Source: Candidatus Electronema halotolerans (lineage in GTDB: Bacteria > Desulfobacterota > Desulfobulbia > Desulfobulbales > Desulfobulbaceae). From it: a stretch of 32,000 nt of DNA. Below are positions 15,156 through 24,547 of this stretch, piece by piece. The position numbers and the translations under genes were made by a program. The notes below the pieces were generated by a model. It was not told where the DNA came from. It ran no database searches and worked only from the letters and a program-made list of their open reading frames with translations. Each line of letters starts with the position of its first letter. The stretch's first letter is position 1. The stretch covers positions 930,001-962,000 of the forward strand of contig OW818675.1 of the NCBI GenBank assembly GCA_942493095.1. The letters are read 5' to 3'.

Positions 15156-16169
15156 TCAGACCTTGCCGGTGAAAAACTGCTCGGCCAGCTCAACTTCCTC
15201 TTTGGAGCCGATGATTAGGGGCACCCGCTGGTGTAGTTCCTGCGGCTCAAGATCAAGGATGTTGCGGCCTTGATCATCAATGGCCCGGCCACCGGCCTGC
15301 TCGACCACAAAGGCCAAGGGCGCGGCCTCATAGAGCAGGCGCAGCTTGCCCGGTTTGTCTGGGCTTTTCCGGTCACGGGGATAGACAAAGACCCCACCCT
15401 TGATCAGATTGCGGTGGAAATCCGCGACCAAGGAGCCGATGTAGCGCAGGCTGTAAGAACGCTCGCCGCGCTCGTCCAGCTCTTTCAGCCGCTCGATATA
15501 GGCTGTTGTGTCATCATGCCAGTAGCGCGAGTACGCCTCGTTGATGCTGTAGTATTGGGCCTGTTCCGGGATTCTGATGTCAGGATGAGAGAGAAAGAAC
15601 TCGCCCACGCTGGGATCAAGGGTGAAGCCCTGCACGCCTTCGCCGACTGTATAGACCAGCATGGTGCTGGAGCCGTAAATGATGTAGCCTGCCGCCACCT
15701 GATCCCGGCCCTTCTGGAGCAGGTCGCTCATCTCGCCCTGCTTGCCGTGACTCCTGCGGCGATGGATGGAAAAGATGGTGCCAATGCTGACATTGACATC
15801 AATATTGGAAGAGCCGTCTAACGGATCAAAGGCCAAGGTGTATTTGCCCTCATAGCCGTCCAAAACCGGAATAACGTCTTCGTCTTCCTCTGACCCCATG
15901 ATGCAGACGTAGCCGCACTGCTCCATCCGCCGCTTGATGGTCAGATTGGCAAAATCGTCTAACTTCTGCACCTGTTCGCCTTGGACGTTGATCTGGCCTG
16001 ACTGCCCCAAGATGTCGGCCAGCCCGGCCATGTTGACCTCAGAGCTGATGATCTTGCCAGCCACGATCAGGTCATTGAGCAGGCCGGTCAGCTCGCCGGT
16101 GGCTTCCGGGTGGCTGCGCTGGCTGTCCATGATCTGACGGCTGACCGTGATGCCCTTGCGTTTCGGCAT
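15156..16169 (-). CDS. fbp: Fructose-1,6-bisphosphatase, class 1
   Basis: [34 protein letters not shown] and GGVFVYP are FBPase class I motifs. Length 337 aa. Confidence 0.93.
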   Translation of the reverse strand: MPKRKGITVSRQIMDSQRSHPEATGELTGLLNDLIVAGKIISSEVNMAGLADILGQSGQINVQGEQVQKLDDFANLTIKRRMEQCGYVCIMGSEEDEDVIPVLDGYEGKYTLAFDPLDGSSNIDVNVSIGTIFSIHRRRSHGKQGEMSDLLQKGRDQVAAGYIIYGSSTMLVYTVGEGVQGFTLDPSVGEFFLSHPDIRIPEQAQYYSINEAYSRYWHDDTTAYIERLKELDERGERSYSLRYIGSLVADFHRNLIKGGVFVYPRDRKSPDKPGKLRLLYEAAPLAFVVEQAGGRAIDDQGRNILDLEPQELHQRVPLIIGSKEEVELAEQFFTGKV

Positions 16170-16203
16170 GATGTCCTCCTTGCTGTGATTTCAGCGGATG
16201 AAA

Positions 16204-17754
16204 TTATTTTTCTTTCTCGCCCGGCTGCCAGCTGCGGACAAAGTTGAGCAGAGTGCGCACGGCAATGCCGGACGGTCCCTTGGGAATATAGCTTTTTTCG
16301 GTGAAATCCCAAGCCGTGCCGGCAATGTCCAAGTGCGCCCAAGGCGTGTTGCCGACAAATTCCTGCAAATAGGCGGCAGCAGTGATCGTGCCTGCCTCTC
16401 TGCCGCCGCTGTTTTTGATGTCCGCCACTGTCGATTTGATCTGCTTGGAATACTCCGGCCCCAAGGGCAGCCGCCAGAGCGGCTCGCCAGCCCGCCCGCC
16501 AGCAGCAAGAAGCTGCTCGGCCAGCCCGTCGTCATTGGCCAAAAGGCCGGTGCGGTGATGGCCCAGGCCGACAATCACGGCGCCGGTGAGGGTGGCAAGA
16601 TCAATCACCGCATCCGGCTTCCATGTTTCAATGCCATAGGCCAAGGCATCAGCAAGAATCAGCCGCCCTTCCGCGTCGGTGTTGATAATCTCCGAGGTGA
16701 TGCCGCCGTAGTGGGTGATGATGTCGCCCGGCTTCAGGGCCGCGCCGGATGGCATGTTTTCCGAGGCTGGAATCAGGGCGACCACATTGATGCCTTTTGG
16801 CTTTTCCTCGGCAATGGCCTGCATGGCGCAGATCACGGCTGCCCCGCCGCACATGTCATATTTCATCTCCTCCATTTTCTGCGGCGGCTTGAGGCTGATG
16901 CCGCCCGCATCAAAGGTCAGGCCCTTGCCGACCAGCATCAGGGTGGGCGTTTTTTTGTCTTTGTCGCCACCGCCCTGATAGCGGAGGATCACTAATTTGG
17001 CTGGCTGGATTGAACCTTGGCTGACCCCAAGCAGGCCGCCCATGCCCAGCTTCTTCATCTCCGGCCTGCTCAAGACCGTGCATTCCAAGTCATGGTCCTT
17101 GGCCAATTTCTCGCCGAATTCAGCAAACCGCTTGGGTGTCCAGACATTGCCCGGCTCATTGGCCATATCTCTGGCAATGCAGGCCGCCTGCGCCGCCCGT
17201 TCGCCCTGGCTCAGGCCCTGCTTGACCGCCTCGGCTTTCATATCTCCAACATGAAGATAGACCTTTTCCAGCTTGGAGGCAGGCTCGTCGTCCTTTTTTT
17301 TGCTCTTATGACAGTCGAAAGAATAGCTGGCCAAGACCAAGCTCTCGCTCAGGCATTCAGCTATATCCGCATCCGGCAGGCTGATGTTTTCCGGCAGAAC
17401 CAGCAGCATGTTCTTCACTTGCAGCTTGGCGGCCTGCCGGGCTGCCGTGCCTGCGGCCTGGCGGAGCTGCTCGCGCAGGGCATCGGCATTGTCGCTGATT
17501 TTGCCCAGCCCAATCGCCAGGACCCGGTTGGCGGCCAGATTGTGCTTGATGTCCTTTTTGGCCGCAGAAGGATAGTACAGGAACAGCTCTCCCTGTTTGC
17601 CGGAAAAATCGCCGTTTTTCCAAGCATATTTGATATTCCGCCGCAGGGCCTTGCAAGGGCAGAGCACGGCCTTGCCGCCGCTCTCCCGAAGGAAATAGAC
17701 CAGCAGGTCGCCTTCAAACAGCTCCAGCATGTCCTTGTTCAGCTCGATTTTCAT
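16204..17754 (-). CDS. pepA: Leucyl aminopeptidase (M17 family)
   Basis: VGKGLTFDAGGISLKP, MKYDMCGGAAV and the M17 signature NTDAEGRLILADAL. Length 516 aa. Only 34 nt upstream of fbp, so probably co-transcribed. Confidence 0.93.
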   Translation of the reverse strand: MKIELNKDMLELFEGDLLVYFLRESGGKAVLCPCKALRRNIKYAWKNGDFSGKQGELFLYYPSAAKKDIKHNLAANRVLAIGLGKISDNADALREQLRQAAGTAARQAAKLQVKNMLLVLPENISLPDADIAECLSESLVLASYSFDCHKSKKKDDEPASKLEKVYLHVGDMKAEAVKQGLSQGERAAQAACIARDMANEPGNVWTPKRFAEFGEKLAKDHDLECTVLSRPEMKKLGMGGLLGVSQGSIQPAKLVILRYQGGGDKDKKTPTLMLVGKGLTFDAGGISLKPPQKMEEMKYDMCGGAAVICAMQAIAEEKPKGINVVALIPASENMPSGAALKPGDIITHYGGITSEIINTDAEGRLILADALAYGIETWKPDAVIDLATLTGAVIVGLGHHRTGLLANDDGLAEQLLAAGGRAGEPLWRLPLGPEYSKQIKSTVADIKNSGGREAGTITAAAYLQEFVGNTPWAHLDIAGTAWDFTEKSYIPKGPSGIAVRTLLNFVRSWQPGEKEK

Positions 17755-17889
17755 AGCGTTCTCTCTGGGAAAAGTTGTGTATTATCCTTCTGAGCGGTTG
17801 TCATTATACTCGTTTCAGGCAATTGGCAAAACAGTTCATTTCAGGTAACATGCAGAAATTGGCAAACCAATCCAACACAGGAGAAAAAG

Positions 17890-18927
17890 ATGATTTTCGA
17901 GCTTGTCCTTGCTGTCAGTTGCGCCCTTGGCATCTCCACCGTGTGCAGTCTGCTGGAGGCGGGTCTGTACTCGCTCTCCTTGAGCCGGATTGAAATGATG
18001 GCCGCAGAGCGTCCGGCCAAGGCGGCAGTGCTGAGAAAGCTGAAAAACAATATTGATCAGCCGATCACGGCAATTCTCACCCTGAACACGGTTGCCCACA
18101 CTATGGGCGCGTCCGTGGCAGGCGCGGCGGCGGCTGATGTGTTCGGAGAAAATGGGCTGGTCTGGTTCTCGGCCTTTTTCACCCTTGCCGTGCTGCTTTT
18201 TTCTGAAATTCTGCCGAAAATCGTTGGAGTCGCCTTCAGCGTGTCGCTGGCACCCTACATGGCCCGGCCCTTGGAGCTGCTGGTCATCATGTTCAAGCCG
18301 GTGATTCTGATCGGCCAGCTGATATCCAGCCTGATGCCCAAGAGCACGGAGAATTCCATTTCCGCCGAGGAGCTGACCACGGTCGCCCGCCTGAGCCGCA
18401 AGGCCGGAGAGATTGGCAGTGATCAGGAGGCGGTGATCATCAACATCATCGCCCTGAGCGGCAAGCGGGTCCGGCAGGTCATGACCCCGCGCACGGTCAC
18501 GTTCACGATGAGCAAGGACAGCTCCATTGCCGAGGCCGTGAAATTGGAGGAAAAATGGCGCTCTCACAGCCGGGTGCCGGTCTATGGCAAGGACAGCAGC
18601 GATGTGGTTGGCATAGTCCGCAGCTACGAGGTCATGCAGGCCGCTGTCGCAGGCAGTTACGAGCGCACCTTGGAAGAGCTGATGATCCCGGCCCACTTTG
18701 TCCCGGAAATTGCGCCCTTGGACAAGGTGATGCTGGAGTTTTTTGAACGGCGGCAGCATCTTTTCGTTGTTGTGGATGAATACGGCAGCGTCACCGGGGT
18801 GATCAGCTTGGAGGACATTGTCGAGGAAATCATGGGCCGGGAGATCATGGACGAATCAGACCGGACTGGCAATCTGCGCGCTTTGGCCAGAGCGAGTAGA
18901 AAAGGCGGAACTGCGGCAAACGGATGA
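17890..18927 (+). CDS. CNNM/DUF21 membrane domain plus CBS-pair protein (hemolysin/CorB-like), lacking a CorC_HlyC C-terminal domain
   Basis: The N-terminal 4-TM DUF21 pattern includes AEAGLYSLS-like and EILPK motifs, followed by a CBS pair (VMTPRT...VPVY...; ...HLFVVVDEYGSVTGVISLEDIVEEI). AGGAG-type Shine-Dalgarno sequence before ATG 17890. Confidence 0.85.
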   Translation: MIFELVLAVSCALGISTVCSLLEAGLYSLSLSRIEMMAAERPAKAAVLRKLKNNIDQPITAILTLNTVAHTMGASVAGAAAADVFGENGLVWFSAFFTLAVLLFSEILPKIVGVAFSVSLAPYMARPLELLVIMFKPVILIGQLISSLMPKSTENSISAEELTTVARLSRKAGEIGSDQEAVIINIIALSGKRVRQVMTPRTVTFTMSKDSSIAEAVKLEEKWRSHSRVPVYGKDSSDVVGIVRSYEVMQAAVAGSYERTLEELMIPAHFVPEIAPLDKVMLEFFERRQHLFVVVDEYGSVTGVISLEDIVEEIMGREIMDESDRTGNLRALARASRKGGTAANG

Positions 18928-18972
18928 AATCAGAATTGTCAGCGCGGCGCAAACAGGTTAGAGTGGTGAAAA

Positions 18973-19968
18973 ATGATTTCAACCACCTTGCGCCATGACA
19001 TTTCTGCCATGACAGATTCAAGCGTCACCCCTCTCGATTTCAGCGGCCTCAACACCTATTCCCTGCACGACCGTCCTGCCAAAGTGACTGTGACCGACTT
19101 TGCCCAGCCGGTCCGGCCCGGCATGACCGTGCAGGAGCTGATTGCCGCTCTGCCCAAGCAGCTGGCAGGCAATGATTTTCCAGAGCTGGTGGAGCGGATT
19201 GCAACGGCAGTGCAAAACAAGCGGCCTGTTTTGGTCGGCATGGGCGCGCACGTCATCAAGGTCGGTTTGGCCCCGATCTTGATTGATTTGATGGAGCACG
19301 GCATCATTTCCGCCATTGCCATGAACGGGGCAGGCATTATTCATGATGCGGAAATTGCGATGGTGGGCCGCACTTCTGAGGACGTGGCTGACGTGCTTGG
19401 GAGCGGAGCTTTTGGCGCGGCGCGGGAAACCGGCGTGGTTTTGAACGAGGCCATCAATCGTGGCGCGGCAGAGGGCATTGGTCTGGGCGCGGCAGTGGGC
19501 AATCAGCTCCTCCGGCACAATTTTCGCTTCAATGACCACAGTCTGGTGGCACGGGCACGGCGGCTGCATATTCCCGTGACCGTGCATGTGGCAATGGGCA
19601 CGGACATCATTCATATTCATCCTGATGCGAACGGCGCGGCCATTGGTCAGTGCAGTCATCATGATTTCCGGGTCTTCTGCCGTTTGGTCAGCGGACTGGA
19701 AGGCGGGGTGTATCTCAATATTGGCTCGGCAGTGCTGCTGCCAGAGGTTTTTCTCAAGGCCTTGACTGTGGTGCGCAATCTGGGTTATGAGGTGAAGCAG
19801 TTCACCACCGCGAATTTTGATTTCATCCGCGCCTATCGGCCCAGTACCAATGTGGTGCAGCGGCCCACGCTGGAGGGCGGCAAGGGGTTTAATTTCACTG
19901 GGCATCATGAGCTGATGATTCCGCTGCTGGCTGCTGCGGTTTTGGATAAATTGGCAGGTCCTGAATAA
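18973..19968 (+). CDS. Deoxyhypusine synthase-like (DHS-like NAD-binding fold) protein of unknown function
   Basis: The layout VLVGMGAHVIKVGLAP...AMNGAGIIHDAE...IPVTVHVAMGTDIIH...LNIGSAVLLPE resembles bacterial DHS-like proteins, from memory only. Preferred over the antisense 332-aa ORF, which is His/Arg/Gln-rich and low in complexity. Confidence 0.5.
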   Translation: MISTTLRHDISAMTDSSVTPLDFSGLNTYSLHDRPAKVTVTDFAQPVRPGMTVQELIAALPKQLAGNDFPELVERIATAVQNKRPVLVGMGAHVIKVGLAPILIDLMEHGIISAIAMNGAGIIHDAEIAMVGRTSEDVADVLGSGAFGAARETGVVLNEAINRGAAEGIGLGAAVGNQLLRHNFRFNDHSLVARARRLHIPVTVHVAMGTDIIHIHPDANGAAIGQCSHHDFRVFCRLVSGLEGGVYLNIGSAVLLPEVFLKALTVVRNLGYEVKQFTTANFDFIRAYRPSTNVVQRPTLEGGKGFNFTGHHELMIPLLAAAVLDKLAGPE

Positions 19969-20118
19969 TATTGTGCATACAGGCTGATACGAAACGGAAC
20001 GTCTGTACGGCTGCATTCTTCATCTGGATATCAGAGAAGGCAGAATATGGATACAGTACGGCAGCAGCTAAGTAGAATGCTGTTTTGACACTAATCTACG
20101 CAATAAAGAGAAATAAGC

Positions 20119-20802
20119 ATGTCCAAAAAAAAACAATCTCGCGGCAACTGCGTTTTCTGCGGGCGGCAGATGACAAGAGGCGGCTTGGTCAAGCATTTGG
20201 CAAGCTGCGCCGCACGCAAGGAAGCGGTGAGCAAGGCCGACCAGAAACCCGGAAAAGAGCAGACCATCTATCATCTGCAAATCCAAGACGCTTGGGCCGG
20301 TGATTTCTGGCTGCATCTGGAAATGCCCGCTTCAGAAACCTTGGATGAATTGGACAGCTACCTGCGGATAATCTGGCTCGAATGCTGCGGCCATCTCAGC
20401 CAATTTTCTTTTGACAGCCGGGGGTATGAAGAAATAGCAATGAGCAAAAAAGCAGGCTCAGTGTTCAAGCCGGGCGTTGAGCTGCTCCATGTTTATGACT
20501 TCGGCACCTCATCAGAGACAAAGATCAAAGTTGTCGGCGCACGGCAGGGCAAGGCCTTGACAAAGCATTCCATTTATCTGATGGCCCGCAATGAGCCGCC
20601 GGAGGTGAAATGCTGCAAATGCGACGAGCCTGCCGCGTGGCTGTGCATGGAATGCGCGTATGAGGAGACAGGCGCGCCTCTTCTGCTCTGCGAGAAACAT
20701 ATCAAGCCGCATGAGGATGATGAGCATTTCCTGCTGCCGTTTATCAACTCGCCAAGAACTGGACTGTGCGGCTATGACGGGCCAGGAGAGCCGCCGTATT
20801 GA
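20119..20802 (+). CDS. Zinc-finger protein with a possible pRiA4b ORF-3-like (PF07929-like) central domain
   Basis: N-terminal C2HC motif (CVFCGRQM...HLASC). Central YHLQIQDAWAGDFWLHLEMPASETLDELDSYLRIIWLECCGHLSQF resembles the pRiA4b ORF-3 core. The C-terminal Cys/His cluster is CCKCDEPAAWLCMECAY...LCEKHIKPHEDDEH. Confidence 0.45.
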   Translation: MSKKKQSRGNCVFCGRQMTRGGLVKHLASCAARKEAVSKADQKPGKEQTIYHLQIQDAWAGDFWLHLEMPASETLDELDSYLRIIWLECCGHLSQFSFDSRGYEEIAMSKKAGSVFKPGVELLHVYDFGTSSETKIKVVGARQGKALTKHSIYLMARNEPPEVKCCKCDEPAAWLCMECAYEETGAPLLLCEKHIKPHEDDEHFLLPFINSPRTGLCGYDGPGEPPY

Positions 20803-20888
20803 GCTGCGTCCGCAGCTCCAAGGGCCGGGACGCATCAGCATTTGCTTCACCTTTCACCCTTCACCCCTTTCACCTCCTGCCGGAAACA

Positions 20889-22271
20889 ATGAATCTGTCC
20901 GCAAACATGCGCAGCCAAACAAAATATCTGCCTACAGCCCTGATCGCCGCAGGCGCGGCAGTCATGCTCTTTGCCCCTTCGCCGCTGACCAAAGCGGCAG
21001 TGCTGGCCCTGCTCTCCCTTGGCTTCTGGGCCACCGCCCTGATGCCGGAGCATATTACCGCCCTGCTCTTTTTCCTGCTGGCCCTGCTCTTTTCCGTCAC
21101 CAGCTCCGACATAGTCTTTTCCGGCTTCAGCTCCGCTGCAGTCTGGCTGGTCTTTGGCGGTTTAATTATCGGCAGCGCCGTTTCAGCAACAGGTCTGGGC
21201 GCACGGACCGCCCGCGCTGCCGCGTTCTGGCTGCATGGCAGCTATCTGAAAATCATCATCGGCTTAGTGGCGGCCTCACTGCTTTTCAGCTTTTTCATGC
21301 CCTCGGCAATGGGCCGGGTGGTGCTTCTGACCCCGATTGCCCTGTCCATTGCTGATCATTTCGGCTTTCAAGAAGGGCGGAAAGGCCGCACCGGCATCCT
21401 GCTGGCTGTGATCCTTGGCACGTACATTCCCGCCTTCGGCATCCTGCCTGCCAATGTGCCCAACATGGTTTTGGCTGGCATGGCTGAGACCCAGTATCAT
21501 TTTTCCATTCTCTACGGTTCGTACCTGCTTCTCCATTTTCCGCTCCTGAGTCTGAGCAAAGCGGTGCTGATCGTCGGTTTCATTCTTTTTCTTTATCCTG
21601 ATCAGCCTGCAGCCATTGCTGATCAGAAGCAGAGCAAGGCGGAGCCATTTTCCCGCAACGAGCGGATACTGACCGCTGTGCTGTTAGTCATGCTCGTTCT
21701 GTGGATGACGGATTTCCTCCATCATATTTCTCCGGCGTGGATTGCTCTGGGCGGAGCAGTGCTGCTCCTCCTACCGGGCGTGGATATTGTCAGCACAGCC
21801 CAGTTCAACCAGAAAATCAAATGGTCTTCCATTATTTTCGTGGCCGGCATCCTTGGCTTGGGCGGCATGATCAGCAAAACCGGACTGGGCAGCGCAGCAG
21901 CATCAGGTGTCATCAAACTGCTGCCGCTGGCCAAAGAGCAGGATTTTCTCAACTACATGTCTGTCAGCATGGCCTCAGCCTTGGCAGGCATGGCCGCCAC
22001 CCTGCCTGCGGTGCCTGCGGTTTTCACCCCGCTCACGGACAGCCTTGCCCAAGTCACCGGCCTGCCAGTGCCGACCCTGCTCATGATGCAGGTGGTCGGC
22101 TTCTCCACCATCGTCTTTCCCTATCAGGCCCCACCGATTGTGGTCGGGCTGCAAATGGGCGGGGAAAAACCAATGACTGCGGCCAAGATAACCCTGCCCT
22201 TGGCCCTGATCAGCCTCTTTATCCTTCTGCCGCTCAATTATTTTTGGTGGAAAATTCTGGACTGGCTGTGA
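20889..22271 (+). CDS. Anion permease of the ArsB/NhaD-DASS (SLC13-like) superfamily
   Basis: ~460 aa with about 12 hydrophobic segments and DASS-like repeats (FSGFSSAAVWLVFGGLIIGSAV..., GGMISKTGLG). The track start 20799 overlaps the previous gene, so I use ATG 20889 (MNLSANMRSQ...). Confidence 0.65.
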   Translation: MNLSANMRSQTKYLPTALIAAGAAVMLFAPSPLTKAAVLALLSLGFWATALMPEHITALLFFLLALLFSVTSSDIVFSGFSSAAVWLVFGGLIIGSAVSATGLGARTARAAAFWLHGSYLKIIIGLVAASLLFSFFMPSAMGRVVLLTPIALSIADHFGFQEGRKGRTGILLAVILGTYIPAFGILPANVPNMVLAGMAETQYHFSILYGSYLLLHFPLLSLSKAVLIVGFILFLYPDQPAAIADQKQSKAEPFSRNERILTAVLLVMLVLWMTDFLHHISPAWIALGGAVLLLLPGVDIVSTAQFNQKIKWSSIIFVAGILGLGGMISKTGLGSAAASGVIKLLPLAKEQDFLNYMSVSMASALAGMAATLPAVPAVFTPLTDSLAQVTGLPVPTLLMMQVVGFSTIVFPYQAPPIVVGLQMGGEKPMTAAKITLPLALISLFILLPLNYFWWKILDWL

Positions 22272-22417
22272 ATAATATGCTATTTGTAAAACACAATGCG
22301 TCTGTTCCGCACAGTTGAAAACAGAGTGTTTTGCTGCAACAAAGGACGTGAGGAGGAGGGACAGTTGCGGGTATATGCTCATAACTGCCTGGCAATTCAA
22401 AAAGTGAGGAGTGAATT

Positions 22418-23002
22418 ATGACCAAGAAACTTACGGTGCTGCTCTCAGGCTCTGTCCTGCTGGCCGCACTGACCGCCTCGCCTGGACACAGCTGCGTGGG
22501 CCGGATACTGAATTTTTCCATTGACGGCTCGCCTGAGCAGAAGGCGGCAGGCCAGCTCATGGCCACCTATATCAACGAGCGCACCGGCACCACGGTCAAT
22601 CTGGTGGAAAATTCGCCGACTGAGGACGGCTCCTGTCCTGCTGACACAGACATCTGCATCCAGTATCTCAAGCCCGCCTTGGACGGCATGGGCAGCGAAC
22701 AGCCCCAAGATGAGCAGGAAGCCTACAGCAGGGCCAAGGAATATTATCTGGAAAACAAGCAGATGGTCTGGCTCAAGCCCTTCAGCTTCAAGGGGCCTGT
22801 CCAGCAGGCGGACAGCTCGATAGCTGTGCCGGTCTCTCCCCGCGCTTCTTTGACCAAATTTCCGGTGCTGGATCGGGTGATCAACAAACTGAGCGGCATG
22901 ATCACTGATGACGCGCTGCAAGAGATGATGAACAATCTCCAAGGCAGCAGCGACCCGGCAGTGGCGGCCAAGGAATTCCTCAAGTCCCGCAAACTGATCT
23001 GA
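22418..23002 (+). CDS. Small secreted protein resembling a reduced OpuAC/OpuBC-type (glycine betaine family) substrate-binding domain
   Basis: Signal peptide MTKKLTVLLSGSVLLAALTA. EQKAAGQLMATYINERTG, VWLKPFSF and C-terminal DPAVAAKEFLKSRKLI resemble OpuAC landmarks. At 194 aa it is much shorter than a full binding protein. AGGAG Shine-Dalgarno sequence upstream. Confidence 0.35.
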   Translation: MTKKLTVLLSGSVLLAALTASPGHSCVGRILNFSIDGSPEQKAAGQLMATYINERTGTTVNLVENSPTEDGSCPADTDICIQYLKPALDGMGSEQPQDEQEAYSRAKEYYLENKQMVWLKPFSFKGPVQQADSSIAVPVSPRASLTKFPVLDRVINKLSGMITDDALQEMMNNLQGSSDPAVAAKEFLKSRKLI

Positions 23003-23012
23003 GAGAAAGACC

Positions 23013-23519
23013 ATGCTGAAAAAGCTGATCGTGGCCCTGTTCCTGCTGCTCCTTGCCGCAGGTTCCGCCGCCGCGCACGGGGATATTTCCAACCTGCCGG
23101 ATTCTGTGCAGATCATGCAGTATAAAATGCTGCTCTACATGGACCCTGATGATGCGGAGACCAAAAACAAGCTGGCCATGGTCTATTTCCGCACTGATCA
23201 GCCAGAGTTGGCTGTGCAGGAGCTGAAAGGGGTTCTGGCAAAGGATGCCCATAATTTCAACGCGCTGGATGGCATGGGCGTTCTTCTTCTCCGGCAGAGA
23301 AAAGCGGAGGAGGCTTTGCAATATCTGCAGCAAGCCCTTGCGGTCAATGACAAGGATGTCATGCTTCATGCGCATCTTTCGCTGGCCTATGAGCAGCTTG
23401 GTCAGGCTGATCAAGCCGCCGCATCGCTGAAAAAAGCGAAAGAATTGTCTTCCGGCCCGAATGGTGCTGCGGCAATCGAGAAGGAAATCAAGCTGATAAA
23501 AGGCGGTCCCGCAAAATAG
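23013..23519 (+). CDS. Secreted TPR-repeat protein
   Basis: Signal peptide MLKKLIVALFLLLLAAGSAAA, then TPR-like repeats (LAMVYFRTDQPELAVQELKGVLAKDAHNFNAL..., ALQYLQQALAVNDKDVMLHAHLSLAYEQLGQADQAAASLKKA). Confidence 0.7.
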   Translation: MLKKLIVALFLLLLAAGSAAAHGDISNLPDSVQIMQYKMLLYMDPDDAETKNKLAMVYFRTDQPELAVQELKGVLAKDAHNFNALDGMGVLLLRQRKAEEALQYLQQALAVNDKDVMLHAHLSLAYEQLGQADQAAASLKKAKELSSGPNGAAAIEKEIKLIKGGPAK

Positions 23520-23610
23520 CCCTTTTTTTGCCTTGGGACATGTTCGCAATTTCTTGCCGTGCCATATCGGCTGACCACCACCATCAACAGATTCGCTCCA
23601 TAATAATAAC

Positions 23611-24528
23611 ATGAAAAGAATACTGCACGTTGTCTGCATCGCTGTTCTGCTCTCGCTCCAAGCCTGCGGCGGCGACAGCGGCAACAAGGCTGTGGACAGC
23701 AATCTGCCGCCGCTCCGCTTCTGCTTCATGATCTGCGACAGCCGGGAACTGTCAACTGCCCGTTTCGCGCCCTTCACTAAGTATTTGGAAGAAAAGCTGG
23801 GCCGCAAGGTGGAGATGATCCTGAAAAACACCTTTGAGGTCGAAGATCTGGCCAAAAAAAAGGAGTTTGATTTCTTCCACGTCAATTCCGTGGTTGCAAT
23901 TTTGCTCAAGGAGCGCTACAAAGCTGATTTTCTTGGCGTGGATATTCAAGGCCGCTATGGCCACAAGGCCACCGGCACCCTGATCGCCCGCAAGGACAGC
24001 GGCATCAAAACGATGGCTGACATCAAGGGCAAGACCTTGGTTTTCGGCCCGGCCTTGGCTCCGTTCGGCTACATGGCGCAGTATTCGATGATGCTGGAAA
24101 ACGGCATTGACCCGGAGACAGACCTGCTCCGCTACGACATTCCGCCGGGTGCGCTCAAGCATGACAAGATCATGTATGGTGTTGATTTCGGCAAATACGA
24201 CGTGGGTGCCGCGCCGCGCATTGATCTTGACCGCATGGTTGCAGGCGACATCATCAACTTGGACGACTACAACATCATTGCCGAGAGCGAGCAGATGCCC
24301 TATTGCACGGTCGGCGCGCTGCCTCATGTTGATCCTGAGCTGAAAAACAAGGTCAAAGACCTGATCCTCAACCTGAAAAAAGACGAGACCGCTTTAGTTG
24401 ATGGCGAAGTGCTGAAAGTCCTCAAGCGGATGGGTTTGGACGGTTTTGCCCCGGCAGTGGACAGCGAGTATGACATCATCCGGGAGAAGCTCAAGCTCTG
24501 CAACATGGCTCCCTACACTAAATATTGA
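23611..24528 (+). CDS. PhnD-like (phosphate/phosphonate-type) periplasmic substrate-binding lipoprotein, with no cognate permease or ATPase nearby
   Basis: Lipobox LLSLQAC. Overall PhnD/PBP-2-like pattern (LRFCFMI...ARFAPFTKYLEEKLGRKVEM..., GKTLVFGPALAPFGYM, YGVDFGKYDVGA). Confidence 0.6.
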   Translation: MKRILHVVCIAVLLSLQACGGDSGNKAVDSNLPPLRFCFMICDSRELSTARFAPFTKYLEEKLGRKVEMILKNTFEVEDLAKKKEFDFFHVNSVVAILLKERYKADFLGVDIQGRYGHKATGTLIARKDSGIKTMADIKGKTLVFGPALAPFGYMAQYSMMLENGIDPETDLLRYDIPPGALKHDKIMYGVDFGKYDVGAAPRIDLDRMVAGDIINLDDYNIIAESEQMPYCTVGALPHVDPELKNKVKDLILNLKKDETALVDGEVLKVLKRMGLDGFAPAVDSEYDIIREKLKLCNMAPYTKY

Positions 24529-24547
24529 TTTCAAAAGAGGACTCAGC

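Noticed and set aside
17836-20016. Minus-strand ORFs 17836..18759 (307 aa) and 19018..20016 (332 aa)
   Set aside because: They are antisense to the CNNM/CBS and DHS-like genes. Their composition is His/Arg/Gln/Gly-rich with no domains. The plus-strand frames have clear family motifs and Shine-Dalgarno sequences.
22380-22400. Sigma54-type promoter (TGGCA...) upstream of the OpuAC-like gene
   Set aside because: TGGCAATTCAAAAAG lacks the -12 TGC element at the required spacing.
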